Positions 8,530 to 19,023 are shown, numbered from the stretch's first letter. The stretch: DNA of 64,000 nucleotides from Bacillota bacterium (GCA_046483445.1 JAWODD010000025.1:3636-67635); one strand, 5' to 3'. Translations and numbers: made by a program. The notes: generated by a model from the letters alone, not told the origin.

Positions 8530-9843
8530 GTGGAAATAAAACAGTTTTTTGGTGGAATTAACATACCCCACCATAAAAGCTTTACTGAACATAAGGCCAT
8601 AAAAGAAACTTCTTTGCCTGAAGAGATAATTGTCCCGCTTGTACAGCATACCGGTGCTCCCAACGAACCGCTGGTACAAGTTGGTGATAAGGTTAAAGCA
8701 GGGCAAAAAATAGGAGACAGCGACAAATTTGTCAGTGCTCCTGTCCATACCGGCCTTTCAGGCACGGTTACAGCCATTGAACCTCGAACCTTTACAACCG
8801 GGGATATGATTGACAGTATTGTTATTGCTGTCGATAAAGAGCAGGATCAACTGGAACTGGCTGACAATGATCTTGATAACATGAGCAAAGAAGACATTAC
8901 AAACGCAGTAAAGGAAGCAGGAATTGTTGGAATGGGTGGTGCCGCATTCCCAACCTCAGTCAAGCTTAGCCCTCCTCCCGAGAAAGAGGTTGACTCCTTG
9001 ATAATAAATGGTTGTGAATGTGAACCCTTTCTTACCTGTGATCACCGGATTATGCTTGAAAAACCGGAAGAGATTCTACAGGGTATAAAACTGCTGATGA
9101 AGAAACTTGATGTGGAACATGCTTACTTTTGTATTGAGGATAACAAAGACGATGCAATTGAAGCTGTCCGCCAGAAAAATGATGATCCGCGGATAGTTCT
9201 ACTGCGGATGCCGACTAAATATCCGCAAGGCTCGGAAAAACACCTGGTTAAAGCAGCCCTGGACCGGGAGATTCCTTCCGGTGGTCTGCCTTTTGATGTA
9301 GGGACTTTGATTCAAAATGTCGGGACTTGTGTGGCTATTTATGAGGCGGTTAGGTTCAACAAGCCGCTTATCGAGCGAGTGGTAACAGTAACTGGACCCA
9401 ACATTAATAATCCACAAAATCTAATGGTTAAAATTGGCACTCCACTTTCTCATCTAATCGAAGAATGCGGTGGAATTGTTGAAGAGCCAGCCAAGGTAGT
9501 AGTTGGCGGTCCGATGACTGGAAGCTCACAACATACACTTGAAGTGCCAGTAGTTAAAGGAACAACTGGGGTTGTGATTCTTCCTCCAGATATGGCTATA
9601 GAAGATATGGAGTATTCTGACTGTGTGCGATGCTGCAAGTGTGTAGAACATTGTCCCATGCTGCTTTACCCAAACCAGATCAGCATCTTTTGTGAGGCCG
9701 GTATGGTTGAAGAAGCATATGAATGGAATACAATTGATTGTATTGAATGTGGTATTTGCGCCTATGTGTGTCCTTCAAGAAGACCGATTACCCAGTTGGT
9801 TCAGCGGACTAAGCCGTTGATTCAGGAAATGCTGCGCAAGTAA
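8530..9843 (+). CDS. rnfC: RnfC/RsxC NADH-FMN-2[4Fe-4S] subunit
   Basis: QHTGAP, GIVGMGGAAFPT, NGCECEPFLTCDHR, YPQGSE, GGPMTG, two ferredoxin Cys motifs. Confidence 0.93.
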   Translation: MEIKQFFGGINIPHHKSFTEHKAIKETSLPEEIIVPLVQHTGAPNEPLVQVGDKVKAGQKIGDSDKFVSAPVHTGLSGTVTAIEPRTFTTGDMIDSIVIAVDKEQDQLELADNDLDNMSKEDITNAVKEAGIVGMGGAAFPTSVKLSPPPEKEVDSLIINGCECEPFLTCDHRIMLEKPEEILQGIKLLMKKLDVEHAYFCIEDNKDDAIEAVRQKNDDPRIVLLRMPTKYPQGSEKHLVKAALDREIPSGGLPFDVGTLIQNVGTCVAIYEAVRFNKPLIERVVTVTGPNINNPQNLMVKIGTPLSHLIEECGGIVEEPAKVVVGGPMTGSSQHTLEVPVVKGTTGVVILPPDMAIEDMEYSDCVRCCKCVEHCPMLLYPNQISIFCEAGMVEEAYEWNTIDCIECGICAYVCPSRRPITQLVQRTKPLIQEMLRK

Positions 9844-9878
9844 TAATTTGTATTGATGGGAAAAGGAGGTAAAAAATA

Positions 9879-10859
9879 GTGAGCGAAATGCAGAAATTTA
9901 TCACGTCCTCGTCTCCTCATATTAGGAGTGGCGAAACTATATCAAATGCCATGCGGGATGTTTTCATTGCCCTGATGCCTGTTACGTTGGTTTCAATATA
10001 CTTCTTTCAGGCCTATGCAGTATTAACTATTGCAGTATGTTTAATTACTGCTGTTTTAACTGAGCTCTTGTTTAGAAAGATTATGCAAAAAAAGCCTACC
10101 CTAAATGACTGGAGCGCTTTGCTGACCGGTTTGTTTGTGGCCCTGCTCTTTTCTGCCACAGCTCCATGGTATAAAGCGGCGTTGGCCACCTTTATTGCTG
10201 TTGGAATTGCCAAGGAACTGGCGGGTGGATTGGGTTGGAACCGCTTTAATCCAGCCTTATTTGGCAGGGTTGCCTTGATCATTCTGGCCCCACTTTATGC
10301 TTATATTAACCAGTGGTTCCAGCCCCTGAGTATTAACCTGGGCTCAATCGATACAGTCAGCCAGGCTACACCGCTGGCTATGCTGCGTGCGGGATTGGAA
10401 ATGCCCTCTATGACTGAATTATTCTTTGCATTTCCAGGAGGAGCGTTATCGGAGGTTTCGCCCTTTGCTCTATTATTGGGCGCTGCTTATCTATTTTATA
10501 AACAGCACATCAGTTGGCGAATACCAGTTTCTATTCTAGCCACTGTAATTGTTTTAACGCTTATTACTGGAGAAAACCCGGTTTATCACTTAATTACAGG
10601 AGGGTTGATTCTTGGATCATTTTTCATGGCTACCGACTGGGTAACCAGCCCCTTTACTGAAAAAGGTAAAATCATTTTTGGTATCGCCATTGGGGTCCTG
10701 ATAGTTGTTTTCCGAGTGGGCTTTTTAATTACCGAAGGTGCTGCCTATTCAATCTTAATTATGAATGCCTTTGTGCCTTTGATTGAGAAAATGACAGCGC
10801 GCTCCCATTTTGGCAAGATCAAAGCGGTTGCTGTGCCAATGGCGGAGAGTAAGAAATAA
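9879..10859 (+). CDS. rnfD: RnfD/RsxD membrane flavoprotein
   Basis: SSPHI, GGLGWNRFNPAL.GR, flavinylation site DTVSQATPL, FFMATDWVTSP. Confidence 0.93.
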   Translation: MSEMQKFITSSSPHIRSGETISNAMRDVFIALMPVTLVSIYFFQAYAVLTIAVCLITAVLTELLFRKIMQKKPTLNDWSALLTGLFVALLFSATAPWYKAALATFIAVGIAKELAGGLGWNRFNPALFGRVALIILAPLYAYINQWFQPLSINLGSIDTVSQATPLAMLRAGLEMPSMTELFFAFPGGALSEVSPFALLLGAAYLFYKQHISWRIPVSILATVIVLTLITGENPVYHLITGGLILGSFFMATDWVTSPFTEKGKIIFGIAIGVLIVVFRVGFLITEGAAYSILIMNAFVPLIEKMTARSHFGKIKAVAVPMAESKK

Positions 10860-10967
10860 GGAACGGTAGCTACTAAATTGATCTGCAAAATTTATATTAG
10901 GACATATTGTTATAAAAGCAGTACTTAAATAGGATAGCAGAAGTTAAAAAAAGCATAAAATGTTTAG

Positions 10968-11011
10968 AATTTAGAAGGCTGTTGGGAAACAAACCAACAG
11001 CCTTCTAAATT
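10968..11011. terminator. Bidirectional terminator between rnfD and the mrp operon
   Basis: Long perfect inverted repeat AATTTAGAAGGCTGTTGG / CCAACAGCCTTCTAAATT between convergent genes. Confidence 0.85.
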
Positions 11012-11047
11012 TCGATGCCGGGAAATGAAACGGGTTTTCCGGCTAGA

Positions 11048-13039
11048 TTATATGAGCAGTGAAAGGCCGAAACGCAGGAAAAAGGCGACGGCTAGAATTA
11101 TGCTGAGGGCAATTAAAACCAAAGTCATATCAAACTCAATGTTCCTGATATTGATAGACCTGAACAGGGTCGACTCCCCGGGCCGATAGTCGACATTTTG
11201 TAGTAACAAGAATATTCTATTGAAGAGGCGTTGAGAAAAGATACTTAAATAATTTTGCACTGCTATAAAGGGCAAGGTTAAAATGGTCCATAAAACTACA
11301 GCCAGCCTGAAGGTAAGTACACCGTAATATTCAAGACCCAGCCAATATGGAATGCTCAAATTAAAAAGGCCGGAATAGCGGGCCAGGAAAAACAAAACAG
11401 TGCCAAGCCCCAGGGCAAGCGCGACAGCGGTTAAGTCTTTAACTATGAACAGGTTGGTATTTGACAGATATTCTACCAGGTGAGGATCAAGGGTAAAGGC
11501 GTTCAAAGCGGGAACAATCAGATTGTGCAGGATAAAATATGGCGATATGCCGATGATAATCATGCTGACAGCCAGTGTGCCCATGCTAATCTTCATCAGA
11601 AGCGGTTCAGTCTTAATTTTGCCAGGGTTGGTTTGCGCTGGACGCCAAAAGGTAAAGTAAAGGAATTTTAAAAAGTAACAGACTGTACCGGCGCTGGTTA
11701 GAGTAAAGATTTTTTCAGCAATATAAAGGGAATAGACGTGGTGGTGTTCATAAGCTTCGACGATAGCGTGGTGTAGAAGAGTTTTACTGGCGTAACCGTT
11801 AAAAAGGGGCATCCCAACTATACCAAGGGAAGCAATTAGAACTACAATCGTTGTAAAAGGCATTGTTTTTTTCAAATCACCCAATCTACGCATGTCAAGT
11901 TCACCAGTCAAAAAGGCAATAGATCCGGCGGCAAGGAAAAGGGTAGATTTAAAAAACGCATGGTTAAATACATGGTAAGTTGCCCCGGCAATGCCCATGG
12001 CCCCTTCGTAACCCAGGTATGCTCCTACGCCTGCACCCATTATAATATAGCCGATCTGGCTGATACTACTGCAGGCAAGAAGCTTCTTGATGTTATTTTG
12101 TAATAAAGCTAAGAAAAATCCCAAAAACATTGTTATAATACCGATCCAAATAATCAGGTATCCCCATTCGGCAACCTCCGTTTGGAGGCTGGTGGCCCAT
12201 GTAATAATATCTGTACCGGTCGTGCTTGCTTCGGGGGTATAAATCAGACTGATTGTCCGAATAATGCCGTAAGCCCCGGTTTTAATCATAATCCCTGAAA
12301 GTAAAGCGCTGGCCGGAGCAGGAGCTACCGGGTGAGCCCTGGGTAGCCAGATATGAAGTGGAATCATCCCGGCTTTAATACCAAAACCGATGATCATTAA
12401 AGCGGCAGCAACAATATAATAATTATCCAGACCTTCAAGTAAACAAGACTGGGGTGCAATAGTTAGAGAACCACATTGAAAATAAAAAAGCCCAATCCCC
12501 GTAAGGAGACACATTCCTCCGAAAATTCCCAGGTAAAGGTAGAGATTGCCCGCGCTTACGGCTTCTTTTGTTTGGGTATGGACAACAAGCACATAAGAGG
12601 CCAGTGACATCAATTCAAAAAATAAAAGCAGGGTTAGCAAATCCCCGGCCAGGGGAACACCGACCGTTCCGCAAAGAGTTAACATGAAAAAAGCGAAAAA
12701 ACGGCCCCGGTTTTCTTCATGGTTCATATACTCAAGGGCAAAGATTGTAGCCGTAAACCATACAAATGAAATAATCAGGGCGAAAAGAAAACCAAATTCA
12801 TCGACCCGAAAGAAGAAGTTGTAAGGGGTTACAATCATGGGTAATTTAAATGTAATAATCTGTCCCTGTGCCAGGCTTAAATACATCAGAGCAACTGAAA
12901 TCAGAGTGCCTGCACTGCCAATGATTGACCAGCTATTGCGCCACCAGGGAACATCCTGGGCAAAGATAATCATCATAAAAGAGAAAAGAGGTATGATTAC
13001 AGCTATAAGTGGTAGATATGGGAACAACTCCTGGAGCAT
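11048..13039 (-). CDS. Mrp antiporter-like pump subunit, long (terminal) type with ~54-aa lateral segment
   Basis: FFELMSL, GFGIKAG..PLHIWLPRAHPVAP, LLACSSISQIG, HAFFKS, SKTLLHHA; C-terminal extension and final TM helix. Confidence 0.88.
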   Translation of the reverse strand: MLQELFPYLPLIAVIIPLFSFMMIIFAQDVPWWRNSWSIIGSAGTLISVALMYLSLAQGQIITFKLPMIVTPYNFFFRVDEFGFLFALIISFVWFTATIFALEYMNHEENRGRFFAFFMLTLCGTVGVPLAGDLLTLLLFFELMSLASYVLVVHTQTKEAVSAGNLYLYLGIFGGMCLLTGIGLFYFQCGSLTIAPQSCLLEGLDNYYIVAAALMIIGFGIKAGMIPLHIWLPRAHPVAPAPASALLSGIMIKTGAYGIIRTISLIYTPEASTTGTDIITWATSLQTEVAEWGYLIIWIGIITMFLGFFLALLQNNIKKLLACSSISQIGYIIMGAGVGAYLGYEGAMGIAGATYHVFNHAFFKSTLFLAAGSIAFLTGELDMRRLGDLKKTMPFTTIVVLIASLGIVGMPLFNGYASKTLLHHAIVEAYEHHHVYSLYIAEKIFTLTSAGTVCYFLKFLYFTFWRPAQTNPGKIKTEPLLMKISMGTLAVSMIIIGISPYFILHNLIVPALNAFTLDPHLVEYLSNTNLFIVKDLTAVALALGLGTVLFFLARYSGLFNLSIPYWLGLEYYGVLTFRLAVVLWTILTLPFIAVQNYLSIFSQRLFNRIFLLLQNVDYRPGESTLFRSINIRNIEFDMTLVLIALSIILAVAFFLRFGLSLLI

Positions 13040-13041
13040 CT

Positions 13042-14523
13042 TTAGTTACCTCCCAAATGAAACAGGTACTCGGCAATATTATGAAAATAAGGGACTGTTA
13101 ATTGCAGGTTCGCACCGATTACCAGGCACCCTGCAACCAGAACCAATATCGGTATCAACATTGAAAGGGGAGCTTCAGTGCCTTTGACCGAGTCAAACTC
13201 ACCCTTTTTGAAAAAGGCGGCAATTACAATTGGTAAAAAGTAGGCGGCATTTAAAAGGGCGCTGCCAATTAAAACAGCCACAAAAATCGGGGCTCCGCTT
13301 TCAAGGCTGCCCTGGATTAAATACCACTTGGAAATAAATCCGTTAACCGGGGGAATTCCGATCATTCCGATAGAAGCGATCGTGAAAGCAATCATAGTCA
13401 GCGGCATTCGTTTGCCCAGACCATTTAGTTCACTAATATTCTTTTTTCCAGTTACTGTAATTATGGCCCCGGCGCAAAAGAAAAGGGTAATTTTTAAAAG
13501 GGCATGGTTAATGATATGCAAGAGGCCGCCGGTCAGGCCGATTATATTAAATAGTCCGGCCCCGAGGGTGATATAACCCAGCTGACTTATGGTTGAAAAG
13601 GCCAATCTTCGTTTGAGGACATCCTGCTGTAAGGCAATAATTGAGGCTACAATGATTGTAATGGAAACAAGTCCCGCCACGAAAAAACCCATTTGCAAAC
13701 CAATCAAGGCAGTTATACCAAAAACAGAGTACATTATACGCACAATACCAAAAACACCGGACTTTACTACTGCTACAGCATGAAGCAGGGCGCTGACCGG
13801 AGTTGGTGCCACCATGGCAGCTGGAAGCCATGCATGGAGGGGCATAATGGCTGCTTTAACTCCAAAACCGACAATGAAGCAAATAAAGGCGATTTGCCAC
13901 AGTATCAACGAACCGCTGGAAAGATCTACAATTCCGCCTCTGGTAAACTCAAGAGTGCCTACAGAGCCGTATGTTAAAATTAAACCGATCAAAATTAAAC
14001 CAGCGCCAAAAAAGCTGTAGATCAGGTACTTAATACCGGCTAATTTAGCTTCTTTGTTACCTTCATGAATAACAAGCGGATAAGTAAATATTGTCAAAAA
14101 TTCATAAAATAGGTATAATGTAAGCAGGTTTGATGCAAAAGCTATACCCATAGTCATGCTTAAGGAAAGGAGGTAAAAAATATAATAGCGGCGGCGATTG
14201 TGTTCATGGGCCATGTAACCTGTTGAGTAAAGAACGGAAAAAAACCAGAGAATACCGGCCGTTCCAGCAAATAAAGCGGCAAAGGGTTCCACTCGCAGCT
14301 TTACTTCCAGTCCTGGGACGATCCGATGAATTAAAATCTCCCAATTGCCTAGATAAGAAAAGTGGTACAACATATAAGCCACAGCCAGTGCACTAGCCAG
14401 GCTTATAAGGGTTACCACGGGATTGCGCAAACGATCATTATTTTCCGGAATCAGGCTGGTAAGCAGTGCTCCAGCCAGGGGAAAGAGTATTAAGAACACT
14501 GGTAAATAATATGCAAATTCCAT
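13042..14523 (-). CDS. Mrp antiporter-like pump subunit, short, NuoL/MrpA-type signature
   Basis: WLPAAMVAPTPVSALLHAVAVVKSG, LKRRLAFSTISQLG, NGFISKW. Confidence 0.88.
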   Translation of the reverse strand: MEFAYYLPVFLILFPLAGALLTSLIPENNDRLRNPVVTLISLASALAVAYMLYHFSYLGNWEILIHRIVPGLEVKLRVEPFAALFAGTAGILWFFSVLYSTGYMAHEHNRRRYYIFYLLSLSMTMGIAFASNLLTLYLFYEFLTIFTYPLVIHEGNKEAKLAGIKYLIYSFFGAGLILIGLILTYGSVGTLEFTRGGIVDLSSGSLILWQIAFICFIVGFGVKAAIMPLHAWLPAAMVAPTPVSALLHAVAVVKSGVFGIVRIMYSVFGITALIGLQMGFFVAGLVSITIIVASIIALQQDVLKRRLAFSTISQLGYITLGAGLFNIIGLTGGLLHIINHALLKITLFFCAGAIITVTGKKNISELNGLGKRMPLTMIAFTIASIGMIGIPPVNGFISKWYLIQGSLESGAPIFVAVLIGSALLNAAYFLPIVIAAFFKKGEFDSVKGTEAPLSMLIPILVLVAGCLVIGANLQLTVPYFHNIAEYLFHLGGN

Positions 14524-14561
14524 TGCTTCCTATTCCTCTCTCTATAGATGTTATCTTGGTT

Positions 14562-14882
14562 TTATTTTTCTTTGTGGTTTGTACTTCTGGTCCCCCAGAC
14601 CAACATAATTGAAACTACTGCCACAAAAAGTACAGTTGATTCCATTAGGGTATCGTAGCCCCTGTAGTCAAGCAAAACGTTCGATACCAGGTTTGTTCCT
14701 CCACTCTCTTCAACGCCTTCATAAACATAACGTTCCCAAACCTGGTTAAAAGGAGGATTATCAGGATTGCCGTACTGGGGCATCTCGGCAACGGTTAGCA
14801 TGAGCATAAAAGCAATTATTGATACCAAAATTAATGCCATGATGAAAAACAGTATTCGATGCGTTAAATTCATTGCGGCCAC
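14562..14882 (-). CDS. Mrp/Mbh small subunit (MbhE/MnhB N-terminal type)
   Basis: GGTNLVSNVLLDYRGYDTLMESTVLF motif. Confidence 0.85.
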   Translation of the reverse strand: MAAMNLTHRILFFIMALILVSIIAFMLMLTVAEMPQYGNPDNPPFNQVWERYVYEGVEESGGTNLVSNVLLDYRGYDTLMESTVLFVAVVSIMLVWGTRSTNHKEK

Positions 14883-15136
14883 CTCCCGACTTTTGTTACC
14901 ACGGTAACTAATAAAACTGTCATACCGATCCCAACAGCTGCTTCAGTGATGGCCAGATCAGGAGAATGTAACTGCTGCCAGATCAATGACATGATCATGC
15001 TGTAAGCTCCAAAAATGATCACGATATATAGCAGATCATTAAAAATAAAAATTGAGATGGTTAGAACGATGAGAACAATTAAGAGTAAAAACATCAAAAG
15101 ATCAATAGCCAGAATATTATTCAAGAGTGTCCTCAT
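14870..15136 (-). CDS. Mrp/Mbh small subunit (DUF4040/MbhD type)
   Basis: QLHSPDLAITEAAVGIG motif; start uncertain (15136 or 15124). Confidence 0.8.
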   Translation of the reverse strand: MRTLLNNILAIDLLMFLLLIVLIVLTISIFIFNDLLYIVIIFGAYSMIMSLIWQQLHSPDLAITEAAVGIGMTVLLVTVVTKVGRWPQ

Positions 15137-15506
15137 CTCCTTTCCTGGTAACTTTAAAACGAGTTCTTTTTCTGCGGCGCTGTTTGGCAACATAATCGTT
15201 AATTAAAAAGCTTTCTTTGAACATCGGTGTGTTCCTGTTAAAGGCTGTTTTGGCAATAAGATGAGTAATAATCGGGTTAATAGTGGAAATCATTATCCCG
15301 ATTAAAATTAACTTTGTTATATTGGTTACATCCCAAATTAACAGCATCAAAGCTATTAGTAAGAGACCGGCGCCAAGGGTATCGCACTTACCCATGGCGT
15401 GCATGCGGGTATAGAGATCAGGGAGCCTGAGAAGCCCCACCACACCGACAAGCAGAAAAAAAAGCCCGCCGAACAAAAAGAAAACAGCAATATATTGGAG
15501 TACCAT
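15117..15506 (-). CDS. mrpG: Na+/H+ antiporter subunit G
   Basis: GLLRLPDLYTRMHA.GKCDTLG, NPIITHLIAK. Confidence 0.92.
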   Translation of the reverse strand: MVLQYIAVFFLFGGLFFLLVGVVGLLRLPDLYTRMHAMGKCDTLGAGLLLIALMLLIWDVTNITKLILIGIMISTINPIITHLIAKTAFNRNTPMFKESFLINDYVAKQRRRKRTRFKVTRKGDEDTLE

Positions 15507-15542
15507 TTATTTCACCCCGGTTTACGGTTTTTAAGCCGTTAC

Positions 15543-15809
15543 TTAAAAAATTTGCCCTTCACGCAAAAGTTTTAGAATGCATAGCGTACTTATAAATGTG
15601 CCCAAAACAAATACAAAGGCGACATCTATGTAATAATAGCTTTGATCAAGATAGGCAAAAATTAAAATAATCATGACAACGTTGGTGGTTATGACGTTTA
15701 TTGCTACCAGGCGGTCTAAAGCCGATGGTCCAATGTAAGCTCTAACTATTGCAATAAGGGAAATTATTATCAGGCTGATTACCGCACCATAAAGTATATT
15801 TATGATCAT
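15543..15809 (-). CDS. mrpF: Na+/H+ antiporter subunit F
   Basis: RAYIGPSALDRLVA, YIDVAFV..L..FIST. Confidence 0.9.
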   Translation of the reverse strand: MIINILYGAVISLIIISLIAIVRAYIGPSALDRLVAINVITTNVVMIILIFAYLDQSYYYIDVAFVFVLGTFISTLCILKLLREGQIF

Positions 15810-16327
15810 TTTTTGTAGTCACTCTCCAAGATTGATAATCTTTGATAAAGAGGCCATTCTTCGATTTCATGCGCATAATCTATTGTAAAAGCATGGACGA
15901 TCAGCAAGTTATCTTCCAGTTCCACAGTAATAGTTCCCGGACATAAGGTAATTGAATTAGCATAAAGAACCCTGAGCAAGCTTCTTTCCAGGTCGCAGCG
16001 CATGATTACTATACCTGGAGATATCGGTAAGCGAGGATTTAAGACAATCTTTGCTACGGTTATATTGGCCATAATAATTTCTACAGCCAGCAGTATAAAA
16101 TACTTGATTAGCCTAAATAGCTGTTTAATTGTAAACTTTGTTCTGTATTCGGTTGAAATGCTTATATTACTCCAAATAACTGTAAGGATTGAGCTAAATA
16201 TTGCCCCGGCCAGAATGTGCTGCCAATCTATGCTTGCTGATATGAGCAACCAGAATGTCATCAGTATAGTGAAAATTACTAGTGCGCCTAATGGATCATG
16301 TTTTATTTTTGCCAGCACATCAATCAC
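15806..16327 (-). CDS. mrpE: Na+/H+ antiporter subunit E
   Basis: EII.ANI.VAKIVL...ISPGIV, ANSITLCPGTITV. Confidence 0.92.
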   Translation of the reverse strand: MIDVLAKIKHDPLGALVIFTILMTFWLLISASIDWQHILAGAIFSSILTVIWSNISISTEYRTKFTIKQLFRLIKYFILLAVEIIMANITVAKIVLNPRLPISPGIVIMRCDLERSLLRVLYANSITLCPGTITVELEDNLLIVHAFTIDYAHEIEEWPLYQRLSILESDYKK

Positions 16328-16349
16328 CTCCTATGGGTTCGCGGTTAAA

Positions 16350-17858
16350 TTAAAGAAGCACCGCTACGGTCTTGTTTATAAAATTAAGCGCTGTGGCCGG
16401 GAATATTCCCAGATAAATAATGCCGACGGCAACAATAACTATAGGAACCAGCATACTGAGAGGCACCTGATCTTTCGTAAACTTTCTGTTTTCCTCAGTA
16501 TAACTGTGTTCATTTTCTTGATTCTGGGAAAAATAAGCCTGACCGATAATTGGAAAATAATATGTTGCATTTAACAAACCGCTTAAAATAATAACTAAGA
16601 TAAGCAGCGGTAAATTAGCTTCCATGCTCCCAAGAGCCAGGCCATATTTGCTGATAAACCCTCCAAATAAGGGAATGCCGACCATAGAAAATGAAGCCAC
16701 TGTAAAAGCACCCATAGTTATGGGCATAGAGTAACCTATGCCGGTAAACTGGTTGACCTGCTTACGCCCGGTTTGGTATGCGACAGCACCTGCGCAAAGG
16801 AAAAGGCAGGTCTTCATTAATGCATGCACAATTATATGGAGCATTCCAGCTGCTAAACCCCAGGAGGTGCCCAGCCCAATACCTAAAAATACATAACCGA
16901 TTTGAGCTACAGTAGAATATGCCAACCGCCTTTTGAGTTCAATTTGCACAAAAGCAAAGAAAGACCCGGCAAGCATTGCGATAACTGCCAGAGCTATTAT
17001 CAAATTACGGATAAAAGTCTCATGGAATATTTCTAATCCGAAAGCAATCAATAGAATTTTTACAAAAGCGATTATATATACTTTAACTACCAGGCTGGAA
17101 AGTATGGCACTGGAAGGAGAAGGAGCTGAAGAGTGAGCATCAGGTAACCACAAATGTAAGGGAAACAGGGCTGCTTTGACCCCAAACCCGACTAATAAAA
17201 AGCTTAAAGTAGTCCAGATCAGGACAGGATAAGAATCTTTTACCCGGGCCAGTTCCTGGGCAATAAAATTAATGTTCAATTGTCCGGTAATCATATAGAT
17301 AAACCCAATTGCAAATAAAATAAAGCCGGATCCAATCGTTGCCAGAAGAAGATACTTCAGCGCCGCTTCAGTGGAAAGACGGGTACCTTTGGCGACAACG
17401 AGAGCACAAGCGCTGATCCCGGTAATTTCGATCAGTACATACATATTAAAAATATCATTAGAAATAACCAATCCTATCATACCTGTCAAACATAATAAAA
17501 AGGCAGTATAGTACCACCCGGTGACAATTCGCTCCAGTTCATGTTTAACAGCGGAAAAGCTGTAAATAATGATTAAAAGGGAGACTCCAGAAATCATGAC
17601 AATCATCAAGCTCGATAAAGATTCGACCACAATTTCAATGCCCCATGGGGGATCCCATCCTGCCACAGAGTAACTAATAGCTCCATTTTGCACGACAAGA
17701 TTAGCAATGATCAGGGTAATGATAAAGACTGTTCCGGTAACCAGGGTGGCAAAAGGAGCGCAGAATTCTTTTTTCCATCTAGCCAAAACTGGCATGCTAA
17801 AAGAGGCAATTAGTGGGATGATCACGCAATAAAAAGGAAGCTTAGATACTGTATCCAT
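16350..17858 (-). CDS. mrpD: Na+/H+ antiporter subunit D
   Basis: GWDPPWGIE, DIFNMYVLIEI, KAALFPLHLWLPDAHSSAP, KRRLAYSTVAQIG; follows mrpC. Confidence 0.9.
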   Translation of the reverse strand: MDTVSKLPFYCVIIPLIASFSMPVLARWKKEFCAPFATLVTGTVFIITLIIANLVVQNGAISYSVAGWDPPWGIEIVVESLSSLMIVMISGVSLLIIIYSFSAVKHELERIVTGWYYTAFLLCLTGMIGLVISNDIFNMYVLIEITGISACALVVAKGTRLSTEAALKYLLLATIGSGFILFAIGFIYMITGQLNINFIAQELARVKDSYPVLIWTTLSFLLVGFGVKAALFPLHLWLPDAHSSAPSPSSAILSSLVVKVYIIAFVKILLIAFGLEIFHETFIRNLIIALAVIAMLAGSFFAFVQIELKRRLAYSTVAQIGYVFLGIGLGTSWGLAAGMLHIIVHALMKTCLFLCAGAVAYQTGRKQVNQFTGIGYSMPITMGAFTVASFSMVGIPLFGGFISKYGLALGSMEANLPLLILVIILSGLLNATYYFPIIGQAYFSQNQENEHSYTEENRKFTKDQVPLSMLVPIVIVAVGIIYLGIFPATALNFINKTVAVLL

Positions 17859-17871
17859 TTAGTGGCACCTC

Positions 17872-18231
17872 TTATTTTAATTTCATAAAATTTGGAGCGG
17901 ATATTGTTCCATAATATATATATAATTTAACGATCAAAGCCAGAGCAAAAGCGGTTACACTAAAACTGACAACGATTCCGGTTAACATCATCACAGATGG
18001 AAGGGGGTTAACATAAAGAGCATCACTGTATTGAGGATCATATATAGGAGGTACTCCACCTTGAACATTTCCAATGGCAATAAAAAAAAGGAAAATAGCT
18101 GTTTCCATAATATTTATACCGATAACCTTTTTAATTAAGTTGGTTTGAGTTAACACAATCAGGGTTCCTATGGAAAATAAGATTATTGAGACGAAATAAG
18201 GAAAATTGTAAAGTAAAAAATGGAGAGTCAC
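17872..18231 (-). CDS. mrpC: Na+/H+ antiporter subunit C
   Basis: NLIKKVIGINI, NPLPSVMMLTGIVV. Confidence 0.92.
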   Translation of the reverse strand: MTLHFLLYNFPYFVSIILFSIGTLIVLTQTNLIKKVIGINIMETAIFLFFIAIGNVQGGVPPIYDPQYSDALYVNPLPSVMMLTGIVVSFSVTAFALALIVKLYIYYGTISAPNFMKLK

Positions 18232-18234
18232 AAT

Positions 18235-18630
18235 TTAGGCCTCCTCGCTAATCATATAAAACACGCCCAAAATGGTGCTGGCTACTAACATGCCTATGCC
18301 AAAGTTTGAGACTGAAATAATGCCTACACTAAAAAGAGTTCCTGGAATTCCGATTGGACCGTGTTCATGAGGAATAATGAATTTTAATGTCTCTAGAATG
18401 CCACCTAAGCCAACAAAAATGATGGCTGAATTTAGGATCATGTGTCTGAAGGTGATATTCCATAATTGGCCAAATATTAAAATATACAGCAGGAATCCCA
18501 GTCCAACAATCATACCGCCTGAAAAGCCGCCACCGGGGGAGATATGACCGTGCATAATCACGTAGATGCCGTAAAGAATAACAAAAAGAAGCATATAACG
18601 AAAGACAACTCTTGTTGCATAATCTTGCAT
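18235..18630 (-). CDS. mrpB: Na+/H+ antiporter subunit B
   Basis: HGHISPGGGFSGG; RBS AAAGGAG before ATG 18630. Confidence 0.88.
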   Translation of the reverse strand: MQDYATRVVFRYMLLFVILYGIYVIMHGHISPGGGFSGGMIVGLGFLLYILIFGQLWNITFRHMILNSAIIFVGLGGILETLKFIIPHEHGPIGIPGTLFSVGIISVSNFGIGMLVASTILGVFYMISEEA

Positions 18631-19023
18631 TTGTAAGCTCCTTTCCCAACAAAAGCAGAAGATGTGATTTAAAAACAGTTGCCGCAAAAATGATTTGAAA
18701 ATTTTGCAAGTTCATATATTCACAAAATTATGCAAAAAAAATCCGTTTTTCGGATCTATATGCCGGTCAGCAGACTCAAATTAGCCAACCGTAAAAGTAT
18801 ACTCAATTCTACTGTTCTATTTTTTATCATTTTCTGCTTCCTGTCAAGGTATTTTTGGAAAAAACCACATTTCGCTATAGTAATAAACTTCTATATTTGC
18901 ATTACATACCGAAAAGTATTATTTTTGCCTCTCTGTAGATCTGTATGTAATGTAATTATTATCACCGCAAACGATTTAAATTCCACGGAAGTGTAAACAA
19001 TTCACTGATTTATAACCTATAAA

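Noticed and set aside
18730-18996. 88-aa ORF between the divergent mrp operons, and 30522..30806 over tRNA-Val
   Set aside because: AT-rich promoter region or tRNA overlap, no RBS, no motif
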